From assembly GCF_009914755.1 (NCBI RefSeq), contig NC_060926.1: a DNA stretch of 64,000 nucleotides, one strand, 5' to 3'. The position numbers and the translations under genes are program-made. The notes beneath the pieces are model-generated. The model was not told the origin of the DNA. It was given only the letters and a program-made list of their open reading frames with translations, and made no database searches. Numbering within the stretch: position 1 is the stretch's first letter; each line of letters starts with the position of its first letter. This DNA is from the human T2T-CHM13v2.0 reference genome, Homo sapiens. Positions 43,874 through 59,580 of the stretch are shown piece after piece.

Positions 43874-46800
43874 GTGGGTGATGGCAGGGGGGTCGGTGGG
43901 CTTACCCCTCCCGGGCTAGGACATCCTCCTCTCCCCCTTCTGTTTCTGCGTGAGGCGCACAAAAGGGCGGGGAGCCGGGTGAGCCTGGGGCCCGGCCGCA
44001 GGGGACGCGGCGGGAGGTGTGGTTTGGGGTTGGGAGGTGGCCATCGGGGCTAAGCCGGGGCGCTCTTGGGGTCCTCTTTGTACGCCCGCGAAGCGCCGTG
44101 CCGGGCCTTGCTCATAGTAAGCGTTTAATGCGTGCTCGCGGGGTTGCAAAGCCCTGGGGTGAGGAGGCGGCTCGGCCGAGGGGTTTCGCGCCTAGCACGC
44201 AGTGGGCCGCTTTCCTAGCCGGGCGCGGTGCAGTGGACCGCTGGAGGGCTGGGCGGGGGCGCCTCTGGCCGGGGGCCAGTCCTGCCGGTCCCAGGATCTG
44301 CGCTGTCCCCGGTCCCACACACCACCCAGATACACACCCTCCGTCCTTCTCGCCTCCGAGCTGGGATCTGCCCAGCCTGGACCCGACCCGGCGGTCTGTT
44401 CCACCGCCCGGCTAACGGAGCGGACGCCTGCAGAGGACTCGCCCGCCGCCTCCGAGCCTCCCGCCTGAGCCACAAAGGCCTCCTGCGGCTGCCCAGCCCG
44501 GAGCGGGCGCCGAGCCGGGTCCCTCGGCTGGAGCCCAGCGCGGGAGCCCGCCTTGCAGCATCGATCTCAGCGGGCACCGACGTCGACGCCCCGGGCCTGG
44601 GGACGGGGCTGTAGTCTGAGCTGGAGAGAAGCCGGGAGAGGGCGAGGGGAGGCCTCGGTTGAGAAAAGATGGGGATGGGGAAGGCTGGGGAGCTGGGTTA
44701 GGACAGGTAGTGGGTCTCGGGGAGCAGGGAGTGGGAACTAGGGTTTGAGGAGGAAAGAGAAGGGGCGGGGGCGGGTCCGAAGAACGAGGGAAGGAGCTCG
44801 GTGCAGGTGGCGCCCGGCGAGGCTGGTTCTGCTGAAGAATGGGGAGGGGAGGAGGGATGCAGGCGGGTGGAGGCCGCCTGGGTTTGAGGAGGGAGGACGG
44901 GAGCGAGGAGAAGACCCGCGCTGTGCGGGGGAGGGGGGCCTCCTGGGAAGGGGAGCCTCCCGAGGAGGGAGGGGCAAGCAGCTGAGAGGCGGTCTCGGGC
45001 CCGAGGATCCTCAGCTCCAGGCGCGGGGCCCCGCGGCCCAGGTGGCCGGCTGGGCGTGGCCCTCGGACCGGGGTTAGGGACCCAGGATGGCAGATCCGGG
45101 ACCGGGCTGGGCTGGCTTGGTGAGGAGCTTTGTCTCCAGGCTTGAAACCAGCCGGTAGCGACTCGCTTAGGGTTTTGTGATCTTCCGCGGCGCCCACGGC
45201 ACGCCCTTTTCTCGAGGAGCTGAAAGGCTTTGCCCAGCAGCAGGTGCTGCCAGGGAGGCGGATCTCCCTTCGGGGAGACCCGGAGAACAATAGCCGACCC
45301 TGGTGTCCATCCGACGACAAACCAGGGCCACCCAGGACGCGAGGGTGCAGTTTTCTGGTGCTGGGAATACTCCCTGCGGAACCTCCGGGCACGTGCTGGC
45401 TTTGGGGTTTTATGGGGGCCTGGCCACGCCGGGAATCCCGTGTGGGAGGCGCTCCCCCGGCCTGGGGGCCTGCAGACAGCCACCCCCCCACTCCGGCTCG
45501 GGTGCCTTCTGGTGCAGCGCCGCCGCCCGCCCCGCGCTGTCCACCCGCTGCCGAGACGCGGCGTGGTTAGCGGCGCGGAGCTGCCGGGCGGCGACGCAGG
45601 TGCCAAAGACTGGAGGTCGCCTCGGTGCAGCGCGGGTTCCCCCGAGCAGCGGCTTTGTCTGCCGAGGCGGCCGTAGTCTAGGGGCTGCAGCTGTGCTTTC
45701 TCAGGGGGAGCCGTAAGGGCTGGTGCGGATTGTGGTCAAATTGCGGAGAAGCGGGTGGAAATGATCCCGCAAGGGTGAGGCTCTAGGTTTGGGAGCCGCT
45801 GCTAGGGGTCCAGTGCTTTTCTTTGCCAGTGACCACACCCAAGCCAGTGCGTCTCTTGCAGACTTCGCCCATATTGTCTGCTGACCTAAGACTGGGGTAG
45901 CTCTGTGATAGGCGCTGCTTGCCCGTGGGAAAGCAGATGAACCGAATGGAAGCTTAAAACAGGCTTTCAGCAGGGCTTTCCACGCACTCAGCCTCTCGCC
46001 CGCCGTCTAAACACCTTGCAAGTCACCGCTGCAGCGCCTTGACATGTGAAGTGACACCCAAAGCCAGAATTCTGTGTTGCACTGTTGCTTTGATAACTGG
46101 TTAGATGACAAGTTAAAGGTGAATCTTTAGCATAAAGTTATCATTTTAAATTGCCATTCATTAAAAAAAAAGGCAGGAATGTTTTTGTTCCCAGACTGGG
46201 CGATACTTGGCATTGTAGAACTCATTGATGCCACTTACATTTGCCACTAAGTTAACTGAGAACCTGTTGGTTCTCTTAACCCAGCCTTGAAATCTCAGGA
46301 TTTGCTTTCTTAACAAGATTAGTGTGTAAGGTGAAGGACTGTGCTGTGGCTGTTGGCTTTTGCCCAGGACAGATGATAGCTGTCAAAGTGAAGGCCTCTT
46401 GTCTGAGTGTCCTTTCTGGCCATAGGGAGTCAGCAGTAGGCTATGTCTTGCTGGTTTTAAAGGATGGTGTTTTGAGGAGGTGCCTCACAGAATTTACAAA
46501 ACTGATCTGGAAGGACTAGCTGGAACATTGCTCATTGGTTGTTTTTAACTATATTTTAACTGAATTATATATATGTATATATTAATATGTATATACACAC
46601 ATATATATATACACATACTATATTTTACTAAATTATATATGCATGTGTGTATTTATGCATACACACAAACATGGATTCAGAGTACATAAATACTAGGAAT
46701 CTCAATATTAGAAACCTAGAAATCTGACAGTGAAGGTTTTTTCTTGTAAGAGAGCTCCAATGGGAAACATGTTTTCATATTATTACCCAAAGGGAACAAT

Positions 46801-47280
46801 TTCAGGAAGGAGTGTTTTGTTGGCTTCTTTTTTGTAATAATTTTATGGATTTTTAAAAGGATGTAATCTTCTTAAAGCACTCTGTGAACATCCATTGCAG
46901 TCTGTTCCTCATGGCAGGGAATCCATAGACAAGGAATGCCGGTATGACCAGCCTGACGTGAAGGCCTGGCTGTTGTCAGCGTAACCTCTCTAGGTGCAAA
47001 CATTAGCAGGGTTGTTGCATTATTCTTAATGCTTCTATCTCTGGAAAGAGTTCCACAGCAAGGCAAGTTTACACAGTTGGCCAAAATCAGGTCTCAGGAC
47101 TTGGCGTAAACTTCATTTGTGGCACTTCCACGTCTCTTCTCCTGCCATAGCTATCTGAGAATTTCCCCTTAATAGCTTCTCTGACCCAGGATTCTGTATG
47201 ATCCTGCATTAGCTCCACGGGACTATAAGCCAAAGGACAGCATGACTATAGGCAGGTCTCTGGGGTAAAAGTAAATTGTG

Positions 47281-47576
<296 letters not shown>

Positions 47577-48337
47577 TGTGAATTGTGTGTTCAGATCATT
47601 TTCTTGGGGCATAGAAAAATATTGAGAGCCAGAGAAGTTGGACAAGAGTATCTGAGACCCAGTCTATCTTCCTGGTGTGAAAATTTACCAGTTTCTGATA
47701 GAATCTGATCTTGTGTATCTTTTTTGTTTTCTGAGGTATAAAAACATATTCCAGAAAAGTCTTCTAAGACTTAATTCACAGGAATCCTGTAGAACAAGAT
47801 ATCTTTGTCAACATGAAGTCCTGTAGGGAAAACTTGGTGTAATATGGGAGCAAATAAGAATAAATGTGTTTTATCATTTTTCCAATAAGCAGGTGTTTGA
47901 TTTCATTGCACTGCTGGTGCATAAATGAGAAATAATTTCAAAATCGCTTTGCCTTGCTTTTTTTTATGTGAAGATGAAAGGTTGAAATACCATAACATGA
48001 ATCTTTTGTGAGCTTTGGTATTTATGTATAAAAGTGGGCACAAATTATACACTTGAACAAAAGAAATTCAGGGAGGAACATGGTGTATGATTTGTTCTAC
48101 TTCAGTCTTTGAAACTTGTTTCATTTAAAATAAGCTGATTTAACCATTGATTGAACCCGAGCTTGCCAAGCACTCCCATCAATCACAGCCCTGTTCTGTA
48201 CTTGTTCCCTCGCCTCCCTCCTCCCTCGTCACAATCCAGGCTCAGCGGTAGCGTGTACAGGAGGGAGAGCCAGAAAGCCTGGGTTCAGATTTCACCTTGG
48301 CCACTTTCTGTTTATCTGTGCAATGAGGATGGTTGTA

Positions 48338-48417
48338 TTAGGTTGGTGCAGAAGTAATTGCTGTTTTTGCCATTACTTTTAATGACAAAAACTGCCGTGA
48401 CTTCTGCACCAACTTAA
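48338..48417. mobile_element. MADE1 (Hsmar1-derived MITE), 80 bp, inside a MIR
   Basis: ttaggttggtgcagaagtaattg...cttctgcaccaacttaa inverted termini; 5' TA. Confidence 0.92.
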
Positions 48418-49170
48418 CAGTATCTACATCTGGGGTTGTTCTGAGGCTTACATGTGTTAATGGTTAGCACTGAGAGCAGCATCTGGCATCTTGTAAGTGC
48501 TCAGTAAAAGTTATCATCACCATCAGCAGCAGCATCATATTCTCCCTCTAAAATGTGTGTCCACAAAAACAACACTTTGATTCCCCATTTAATCTTTCAT
48601 CCCAAGGGGCCATGGCAAGTTGCTGTAGGGATTAACAGTGGGAACACAAGGAATGATTAGGACTCCTTTCTAAAACTCCCACCCTTGCAAATAGTAGGAA
48701 TAGCTCTCTGTGGAGTCTGTTTCCTGGCAGCCTCTTTAAGCTCAGCTGTTTTTAGCAGCTGAGAACTTGGAGAATTAAGAGTGTTCCAGAAGTGCTGTGA
48801 CCTCAGCTTTGCTGCATCATTCCTTTGAGTGGGGTTAGGCTGGCGTGGCTGGTGAGGAGCTGTTGTCCCAAGGCTATGTAATTCTTGGTGTGGGGAAGAG
48901 TCATCATGTTTGGTTGATGGCAAATTATTGGGAATAAAGAAAACTCAGGTTTTCCAGCTAAGAAATACAGAATTTTGTGCAACTTGGAACCACAGTTATT
49001 TATTTCACAAACACTTTCAAAGCACTCTGTGCCAGGGGTGGTTCTGATTACTATGCATTAGGTTACTGTTATTATCCTCATTTTACAAATGAGGCAACAA
49101 AAGTAAAAAGGACACCCAGATGGGGACATGGCAGAGCCAGGCCTTGAACTCAAGGGGTTTGATTACCATC

Positions 49171-50125
49171 TGTATCAGTTCTCCAGGATAACTGGAGTTC
49201 TCCAGAAAAACAGAAAATCAGTTCTCCAGAAAAACAAAACCAATAGGATTGGTTTATGCAATTGGAGAGGCTGGCAAGTCCCATATCTGTAGGGAAGGCT
49301 GGCAGACCGGAAACTAGGCAGGAGCTCATGGTGCACTCTTTACTTAGAATTTCTTCTTTCTCAGGGAAAACTCAGTTTTTCTCTTAAGGCCTTTTAACTA
49401 ATCATATGAGGCCCACCCACATTATCAAGGAAAAATCTCCTTTCCTTAAAGTCAACCACCCAGCCTGGGAAACATAGGGAAACTCCATCTCTACAAAAGT
49501 TAAAAAAAATTAGCCAGGTGGGGTGGCACATGCCTGTGGTCCCAGCTACTTGAGAGGGTGATGTCAGAGGATTGCTTGGGCCTTGGAGGTCAAGGCTGCA
49601 GTGAGCTGTGATTACACCACTGCACTTCAGCCTGAGCAACAGAGCAAGACTCTCTCAAAAATTAAAAAAAAAATAAAGTCAACTGATTATAGATGTTAAC
49701 CACATCTACAAAATACCTTCACAGCAACATTTAGATGAATCTTTTATTGGATAATGGTACTATAGCCTAGCAAAGTTGACACAAAGAACTAACTAGGCCA
49801 GGCACAGTAGCTCACACCTGTAATCCCAGCATTTTGGGAGGTCGAGGCAGGAAGATCACTTGAGGTCAGGAGTTCGAGACCAGCCTGGTCAATATGGCGA
49901 AACCCTGTCTCTACTAAAAATACAAAAATTAGCCAGGCATGGTGGCATATACCTGTAGCCCCAGCTACTCAGGAGGCTGAAGCACAAGAATCACTTGAAC
50001 TGGGAAGGTGGAGGTTGCAGTGAGCCAAGATCACACCATTGCACTGTAGCCTGGGTGACAGAGTAAGACTGTTTCAAAAAAACAAAAAACCACAACAACA
50101 AAAAAAGAAAGAAACCCTAACCATA
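49171..50125 (-). mobile_element. MLT2 (ERVL) LTR with two Alu insertions (49460-49675, 49796-50110)
   Basis: aaaccaataggat...ggctggcaagtcc...aaagtcaactgattatagatgttaaccacatctacaaaataccttcacagcaacat...tagcctagcaaagttgacac. Confidence 0.75.
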
Positions 50126-50350
50126 AAAGGATCCATGCCTTTAAACAGTACCTCAAGCTGAGAACCTTATGAGTTGGGTGTGAGATTCACAGTTAACTAA
50201 ATAATTTAGCAATAGGCTATCCCATTACAAAATGCTGCACCTTACCTTGTTTAAAATAGAATTTGGACCTCTTTTCTCGTCCAGGTGGCTTCTAGCCCAG
50301 AATATTGCTCAGAGTAACCATTCAACAGATAATATTGAAAGAATGACTGA

Positions 50351-50743
<393 letters not shown>

Positions 50744-50767
50744 TAAATTAGAAATCATCTGGCCCAT

Positions 50768-51161
<394 letters not shown>

Positions 51162-51699
51162 CTAACATCTGTCCACTTTCATTGGTTTGGCAAAGGGGTT
51201 GAGGTCTGTTGCTGCCTGGACTCCCTGTGAATGTGTGTCTCCCACATGTTAGTAGTGCCCGGTACTCAATCACACCATCTTTGTGTCACTCCAGTGTCCA
51301 TTTCTAAGCTGCCCCTTTGTTGATTTCAAATCCGCCATGGGCTGACTCGAAATTCTCACGCCTTGGGTCTTTATTCTCCCTTCTTTTGTCTGGTCCTGTC
51401 CCTCCCTTTGTCCTTCTGCAGAGCAAGATCCACTATTGATACAGAAGCCGCCTCCTTTCTAATTTTTTACTTCGGATTTCTGACCTTGTAGATTGATATG
51501 TTTGTTCTGTTATAAAATTCAAAAACAACCCCCAATTTTTTCATTTAATATCTTTTTGCTCTTGTTTCCAGCATACGTGAAACACTTTCAACCTTAATGA
51601 AGTTACTTAAATTGTTTTAAGTTTGCCGTATTGTCAAGTGGCAATACACATACATGAAACAGTCACTTTTGGGGGGTACAGTGGCTGAGGGTGCATTTT

Positions 51700-52292
51700 A
51701 AAAAAAACTAGTAAAGTATAACAGATAAACTGAGAAGTGTACAAACCATAAGTGTATAGCTTGATGAGACATACCCATGTAATCTGCACCAAATTAAGAA
51801 ACAGAAAATTGGAGTCTCTGAGCCTACTATGGCTCAGAAGCCTGCCTGATTCAAAATCTTATTATTTAAAAAAGGGAAAAAAAGAAAGAAACAGAATTAT
51901 CAGTACTCAAGGAGAGTCTCTAGTTACTTAGTATTCTTCCTCCATATCCTGACTGCTTATACACAGATCAATCAGCTTTGCCTATTTTTGAATTTTTACA
52001 AATGGAATCATGTAGTGGATATTCTCTCACCAGGGGCTTCTTGTGCTCAAGGTTATATTTGCGAGATTTCTCTTACTGTTGTATCTAATTTGCTTATTTT
52101 TTTCATTGCTATATAGCATCCCATTGTATGTATGTACCAAATGTGTCAGTTATGTTGCTAATGGTATTTGGATAGTTTCCGGTTTGGGGCTTTCATGGAC
52201 AGTGCTGCTGTGAACATTCTAGTAGGTGTTTCTGTTGGGTATATATATACCTAGGAGTGAAATTACTGGGTCAGGGATACACACATGTTCTG
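51700..52292 (-). mobile_element. Old L1M 3' fragment
   Basis: aatggaatcatgtagt...cccattgtatg...tttggggct...gctgctgtgaacatt...acctaggagtgaaattactgggtca. Confidence 0.7.
51811..51885 (+). mobile_element. Retroposed 42-nt MER57 R-region fragment with A-rich tail and TSD
   Basis: ggagtctctgagcctactatggctcagaagcctgcctgattc plus A-rich tail; flanked by aagaaacagaaaatt / aagaaacagaatt; similar to the minus strand of 16600-16642. Confidence 0.65.
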
Positions 52293-52505
52293 TTTTAGTA
52301 AATTGTGCCAAATGCTAAGATTAATGGAGAAATTAAAAAAAAAATCCTCTGAAGTATACAATGCAGCTGTTTAAACCAAAATCCTAAAGACTGGCACAAT
52401 ATTATGGCTGGATCAGAGGTTGACTTCCAACTCTTATTCTTCAGCAAAAAGTAGAACTTTAAGCTATATCTCTGACTCCACAGTAATCTATCAGTTAAAA
52501 AAATT

Positions 52506-52570
52506 ATATATATTATATATACATATATAATATATGTAATAAATATTATATATGTATATATAATATATAT
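52506..52570. repeat. AT-rich perfect inverted repeat (28-bp arms, 9-nt spacer)
   Basis: 52506-52533 is the exact reverse complement of 52543-52570. Confidence 0.8.
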
Positions 52571-52743
52571 TATACTAGTTTTCAAGAATTGTCCACAAAT
52601 AACCAATTGATTGGCTGAAATGAACACTTTTAAACTAAGCGGTGTACGTCTACCTTAGTCTTGCTACTGCAGTTTTCTTAACTCATGTTTCTTGAGGAAA
52701 AGATGAAAATCATATTATAAATGCAACATTGGTCCAGATATCA

Positions 52744-54505
<1,762 letters not shown>

Positions 54506-56069
54506 TAAAATATATAAATCTAATACTCCAATATTTAATCAATTATAAACCACCCATAGACAATTTTGTTTGCCTAGCTAATGTAATTTTGGCTGATTCC
54601 ATTCAAGCCTTTGTCCATATGTTTACATAAATTTTTACAGAGTTGTTACCATGGCATGGAAATTATTTCATATTCTGTTCTTTCATCAAAACTTTTCCAT
54701 GTCTCTATCTAATTTACAAATTGAAGCTTTTAAATGGCAGTCTTCAGTTCCGTTGGAATGTACTAGATTCCATTTTTTTAATTCATTTTGTTTTCATATG
54801 TTATTAGATTCTATTTATGCATTTACTTATTGATGAACATTAAGGTTATGTTCAAGTTTTTAATTATTTTAGATAGTACAACCACAAAAATCCTCATTCG
54901 TATCTTTGTGAACATCACATATATCATTTTCATACCTAGCTGATAATATGTTTTTGAGAATAGAGATTGTGTTTTTTTTTTTTCCAAATGTTTTTGGCAT
55001 AGGGGGTACAATTCTATCTATAGTACCTGATAGTTTTCACATTAAGAGAAATGTATAAATACCTGTTAATTCCTTTATTTCAGGACCAACTTCACAAAGT
55101 TTCCTGATCAGCAAATACTTTCTAATCAGCCTTAATTGGCAAGTTGGTCATTGAAGAATTTGTGTGAAAGTAGGAATAAAATTGTGTGAGCTACTCAGTC
55201 ATTAACAGGAATAATTTGGAGGACAAAAGATTCCAAGTGAAGCTGATTTTTATCAATTAATTCTATAAAATTGTGCTGTCTCAGTGGCAGATAGCACCTG
55301 ATGTTGGCCATTATGACAGAAATTAAATGGTCTTGGTGTTGCAGAGAGATGATTCGGTTATGAGACGCACCCATTGCTAAGTTTGAGTATCTGGTAACAG
55401 AGTGCAAATAGCCAGAAATGGAAATGAATGTTAGTGCTGCCTGGCAAGGGAGAGAGAGGTTTACTGTCTGATAACTGTGCACTTAACTTGCCTTGGGCTG
55501 TTGTTTGAGATGGGCTTGAACCTCCTCTCAGACCTGCACCTATTTCCTGAGTGCCTGCAACGGGCAGTGCGATTTCCAGGAAGGAGCTAGTGCATGGGAG
55601 AGAAATGGGGTTGGAATCCTGACTGTTACTTCCTAGGCACGAGAGATCTTGGGTAAAGTCATTTTATCTCCTCAAGCCTCAGTTTCCTTGTGAACTAAAG
55701 GGATGCTAATATCGTCCTCACAGGCTTCTAGAGGACTAAAGTGAAAACGTGCACTGAGTCTGGTGGGAGTGTGGTAAGTGCTAAGTGGAGCTAATGGTAT
55801 TGTCCAGATGCTAAATTAGGTGCTTTGTGACATATAAATGTATATAAAAACAATCAAAGGGACATGATTGTCAAATGGACACAGGCTGGACAATATGACA
55901 ATTGGAGAATGTAAACTTCTCCCTCACATAAGGAGAAGTTTAGCACAACGCCTCTCCCCTCCTGTGTCTGTCAAATGAGAAGATGCAGACTGGATGCTGT
56001 CCTGACTGCTTTGATGTCCTGTGACAGACACCCTGTGTTGCTGCTGAGCTGTCACAATTCTTCATTGGT

Positions 56070-56600
56070 GAAAACTGGCAGATTTGCAGTTTGACACTAT
56101 CTATCAAAATTAAAACTGCACATTCCTTTTAACCCAGCAGTACCACTGCTAGCAATTTTTCCTAAAGATATACAAGCACATGTGCTTGATGAAAAATAGG
56201 AAGGGCTGTTATTGCAGCACTATTTGTACTAGGAAAAAATTAGACATGACCTATCATTGGAGAATGAATGGAATGCACTATGACACGTCCTTACAAAGGA
56301 ATACCATACAGCCATTACAAAGAATAAGGCAGGTATTTCTGTTCTGATGTAGAACAATCTCTAATATATATCATTGAATGGGAGGAAAACAATGCAGAAC
56401 AATATTTAATGCGTGCCACCCTTTCTGTAATACATTATGTAATGTGAAATATATACTTAAATATGCATAGACCATCCATGGAAGGAAACACAACAAAACC
56501 TATGATGTTGCTTGTCTCTGGAGGGGTCAGGGAGGAGCTGGGAAAACTCACAATTTACATGGCTTTAAATGTTTATCATGTCTATGTTTTACCTGTCTAA
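56070..56600 (+). mobile_element. L1ME-like 3' fragment
   Basis: ttttaacccagcagtaccactgctag...attgcagcactatttgta...ggaataccatacagccatt. Confidence 0.6.
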
Positions 56601-57337
56601 ACAGTAATAATAATTTGTCACCCGTGGCTGGCTCTGGCTCACCCTGTCAGAGACTCAACAAGACTTGAGGAGGGTGAAGTTCTTGGGCCCATGTGGATGG
56701 CTTATGTTCCCAAACGGACCCCCAGATGCAGGCCTCCGAAATAAGACACAAGCATACAGAGTTGGGCTTTCAGGCTTACTGAACAGACAGACTGTGTTTT
56801 TTTGACTGCCCATTCAAACAAGAAAGGCTCTGAGATCAGGAAGTAGGTATGACCCATTATTGCTGACTATCAAATAGCTTTTCCAATATTTCCCCTTTGA
56901 GTCTTTTTTATTCAGAGGAAAACTTGGTTGGAACTGTAGGACACAGAAGATGAGAAGCACTAACTGGGCATTGTGAACCTTCCCACAGGTTCACAATGTG
57001 TGTGATGTGTGTGTCTGCTCATCCCTTCATCCCTTCCTTCAGGCAGCAAGTGCTTGATGAATACCTGCACTGGGCCAGGTGTCATCATAGGATATTGGGT
57101 CTAAAAGAACTTTAGAGAACGTTTAGTCATTTCACAGAGGAGGAACCCACAGGGCACTTTAGCTTTCAGTGAGTGGTATCGGTGCAGAGAGAATGGTGAT
57201 TTTTGCCTTCTTTGGTCTCGGATGATGGGTTAGGAAGCCTCTGGATGCTCCTATAGAATTGGCTTCCTCATGTAGAGCATTCATTTCATTTTGCCTTGTG
57301 TTTCAATTACTTGTGGACATGTTTTCTCTCTAAGGAC

Positions 57338-57871
57338 GTGAAGACAGATTCATGCCATCCCCCGGCCATGATCTCTAACTCCTGGTGTTCACACTCTTAT
57401 GTAATCCTCTATCTTTGAATGTGGCAGGACCTGTGACCTGCTTCTAACTAATAGGATACAACAGGGGTGATGGGAATGTCCTTTCCCTTATTATGTTATA
57501 TAATACCTTATCTTGCTAGCAAACTCCTTTTGGAGACTCTTTTTGCTTGATGAAGTAAGTGGCTATTTTGGGAAAGCCCACTTGGCAAGAAATTGGTGGC
57601 TTCTAGGAGCTGAGGGTGTCCTCTAGCTGAGAGCCTGCAACCATGTGGAAATGAATTCTGCCAACAATGTGACTGAGTGTGGAAATAAGTTCTCCCCCAG
57701 GCAGGTCTCCAGATGAAAACATAGCTCATCCAGCATCTTGATTGCAGCCTTGTGAGGCTCTAAGCAGAGGACCCAGGGCTCCTGACCCACAGAGTGTGAG
57801 GAAATAAGCTTGTGTTGTTTTAAGCCACTAAATTTGTGATCATTTGTTACACAGCATAGAAAACTAATACA
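57338..57871 (+). mobile_element. MLT1 (E/F-like) MaLR LTR
   Basis: Ends tgttgttttaagccactaaatttgtgatcatttgttacacagcatagaaaactaataca. Confidence 0.78.
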
Positions 57872-59154
57872 GGGCTCTCTTGTGGCACTTGGCGCAAGGC
57901 CCCTCAGCAAGTTGGTTATCAATGAATATGTTGAGCTGAATTTATTTCTCTTTCTTTTCGTGAATGTATCTCACAATAATTGCCTGAAGTGCTCTCACTT
58001 GGGTGGTCATATAATTTATATTTCAAAGCAGAGCACTTTGGAGAGTGATTATTATTTGCTATTAATGATCTACTTGGGTCTATAGGGATAAACTGGGTCT
58101 ATGCCAGGCATACTGGGAGGTATGGTCCCCCAAGCTATGATAATCTCATCATTTATTGTCCACGTTTTCCTGGCTCATTTTGCCCCAGGAAGCCATTGCA
58201 TGTTTGTTGATTATTTTTCTTCTGGGTCTGCACTCTTCCTTCCCCCTCCCCATCCCTACCTGCTCCCTGGCTTCTGCCTGGATGTTGGCAGAGAGCCGCT
58301 GTGTGCCTGACTGTGACAAGGCTGGTGGAAGTCACCGGGATGCCAGGCACATCCAGCCTCTGTGTGGAGGTCCAGCAGAGTGGGGCAGCTGTATTGACTA
58401 AGTTGGTGGGAAGGGAGGCTGGGACGGAGCTGTGCAGAGGAATTTACTAGAAGCAGTTGCAGGAGTGATCAGCACCCCATTACATGGCCATTTTCAATGT
58501 GTACAGCCTATTCCAGAAGCTGTTTCTGCCTGCCCCTGGTGTTTTTGTTGGGTTTTGTTCAGGTGGAGGGGAGGGGACTTGTTGAGGTGCCCTCCCCTTG
58601 GAATCCCCTTTTTGGAATAGACCCTGTAGCATCTGACACATGCACTCTGAGGGCCTCTCTCCAACACAGCGGGAGGAGAGGCTCCCTTTCCCCCACCACC
58701 CACCTCCATAATTATCTTCCTCAGAATCCATATGGGGAGCCCAGTCCCTTCCCACATGTCACCAGAATGTCCCTTCACTTTTTCACTGAGCCAACCACTT
58801 GCATTGCCCCTGGCCCACCCCTTCCTCCAATGTTCAGCTGTGTGGAGCCATACTAGCCCTGGCACTCTTGGCCACAGCTCTGACATGGGCCCCAGGCCAT
58901 TGGCATCCTCCCCCTTTAAGCTGGCTCAGTTTCAGCTGCTGACCAGGAGTGTGGGACAGTCTTGACCTGCCCCCCAGGCATGTACCTATTTTCTTGACTT
59001 GTGGACCAGGCTGGAGTTTCCATTCCTTTCCTATCACTGCTTCTCAAATCTTGCCCAGAATGGTAAAGGAAAAGGAGCTCATACCCCTGGGAGCTTGTGG
59101 GCTGGGCCTGCAGCACCCTGGTACAAGTTGGAAATATCTTTGAAGCCTGCTTGA

Positions 59155-59465
59155 ACAGCTTTATTGAGTATTGAGATACAACTTTCATACCATAGAGTTC
59201 ACCCATACTAAGTGTGCAATGCAATGGTTTCTAGTGTGTTCACAGAGTTGTGTAGTCATCACCATAGTCTAAATTTACCACATTTTTGCCACCCCAAAAG
59301 AAACTCCATACGCATTAGCAGTCACTCTCTGTTTCTTCCACTACCATCTCTTCCCCAACCCTCCAGCCCCTGGCAACCACTAATCTACGTATTGTCTCTA
59401 GGGATTGGCTGATTCTAAACATTTCATATACATAGAATCGTACAATATGTGGCCTTTTGTGACTG
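59155..59465 (-). mobile_element. L1MB-like 3' end
   Basis: agctttattgag...caccccaaaagaaactcc...cctggcaaccactaatctac. Confidence 0.75.
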
Positions 59466-59580
59466 TTGAAGCCACATTTTTTAATCTTAAGAAAATTAAT
59501 GCACTGTCTGCACTCTAGTTCACAGTATTTCCTTTTCGTTTTAATAGATACAAGGAATTTCAGAAATTACATATAGTTAG

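Larger units (their letters stand above)
43050..45720. promoter_or_regulatory. DPYSL5: CpG island promoter (probable DPYSL5)
   Basis: Very high GC and CpG density, repeat-free; several consensus splice donors on +; gene identity from recall. Confidence 0.85.

Noticed and set aside
45533-45552. REST/RE1 site for a neuronal gene
   Set aside because: Only the GGACAGCGC half-site matches; no full 21-bp RE1 found by eye (a PWM scan would settle it)
42888-45606. Long ORFs (303, 359 and 302 aa) in the CpG island
   Set aside because: Pro/Arg/Gly/Ala-rich, overlapping in several frames and strands, no recognisable domain; expected from stop-codon depletion in GC-rich DNA
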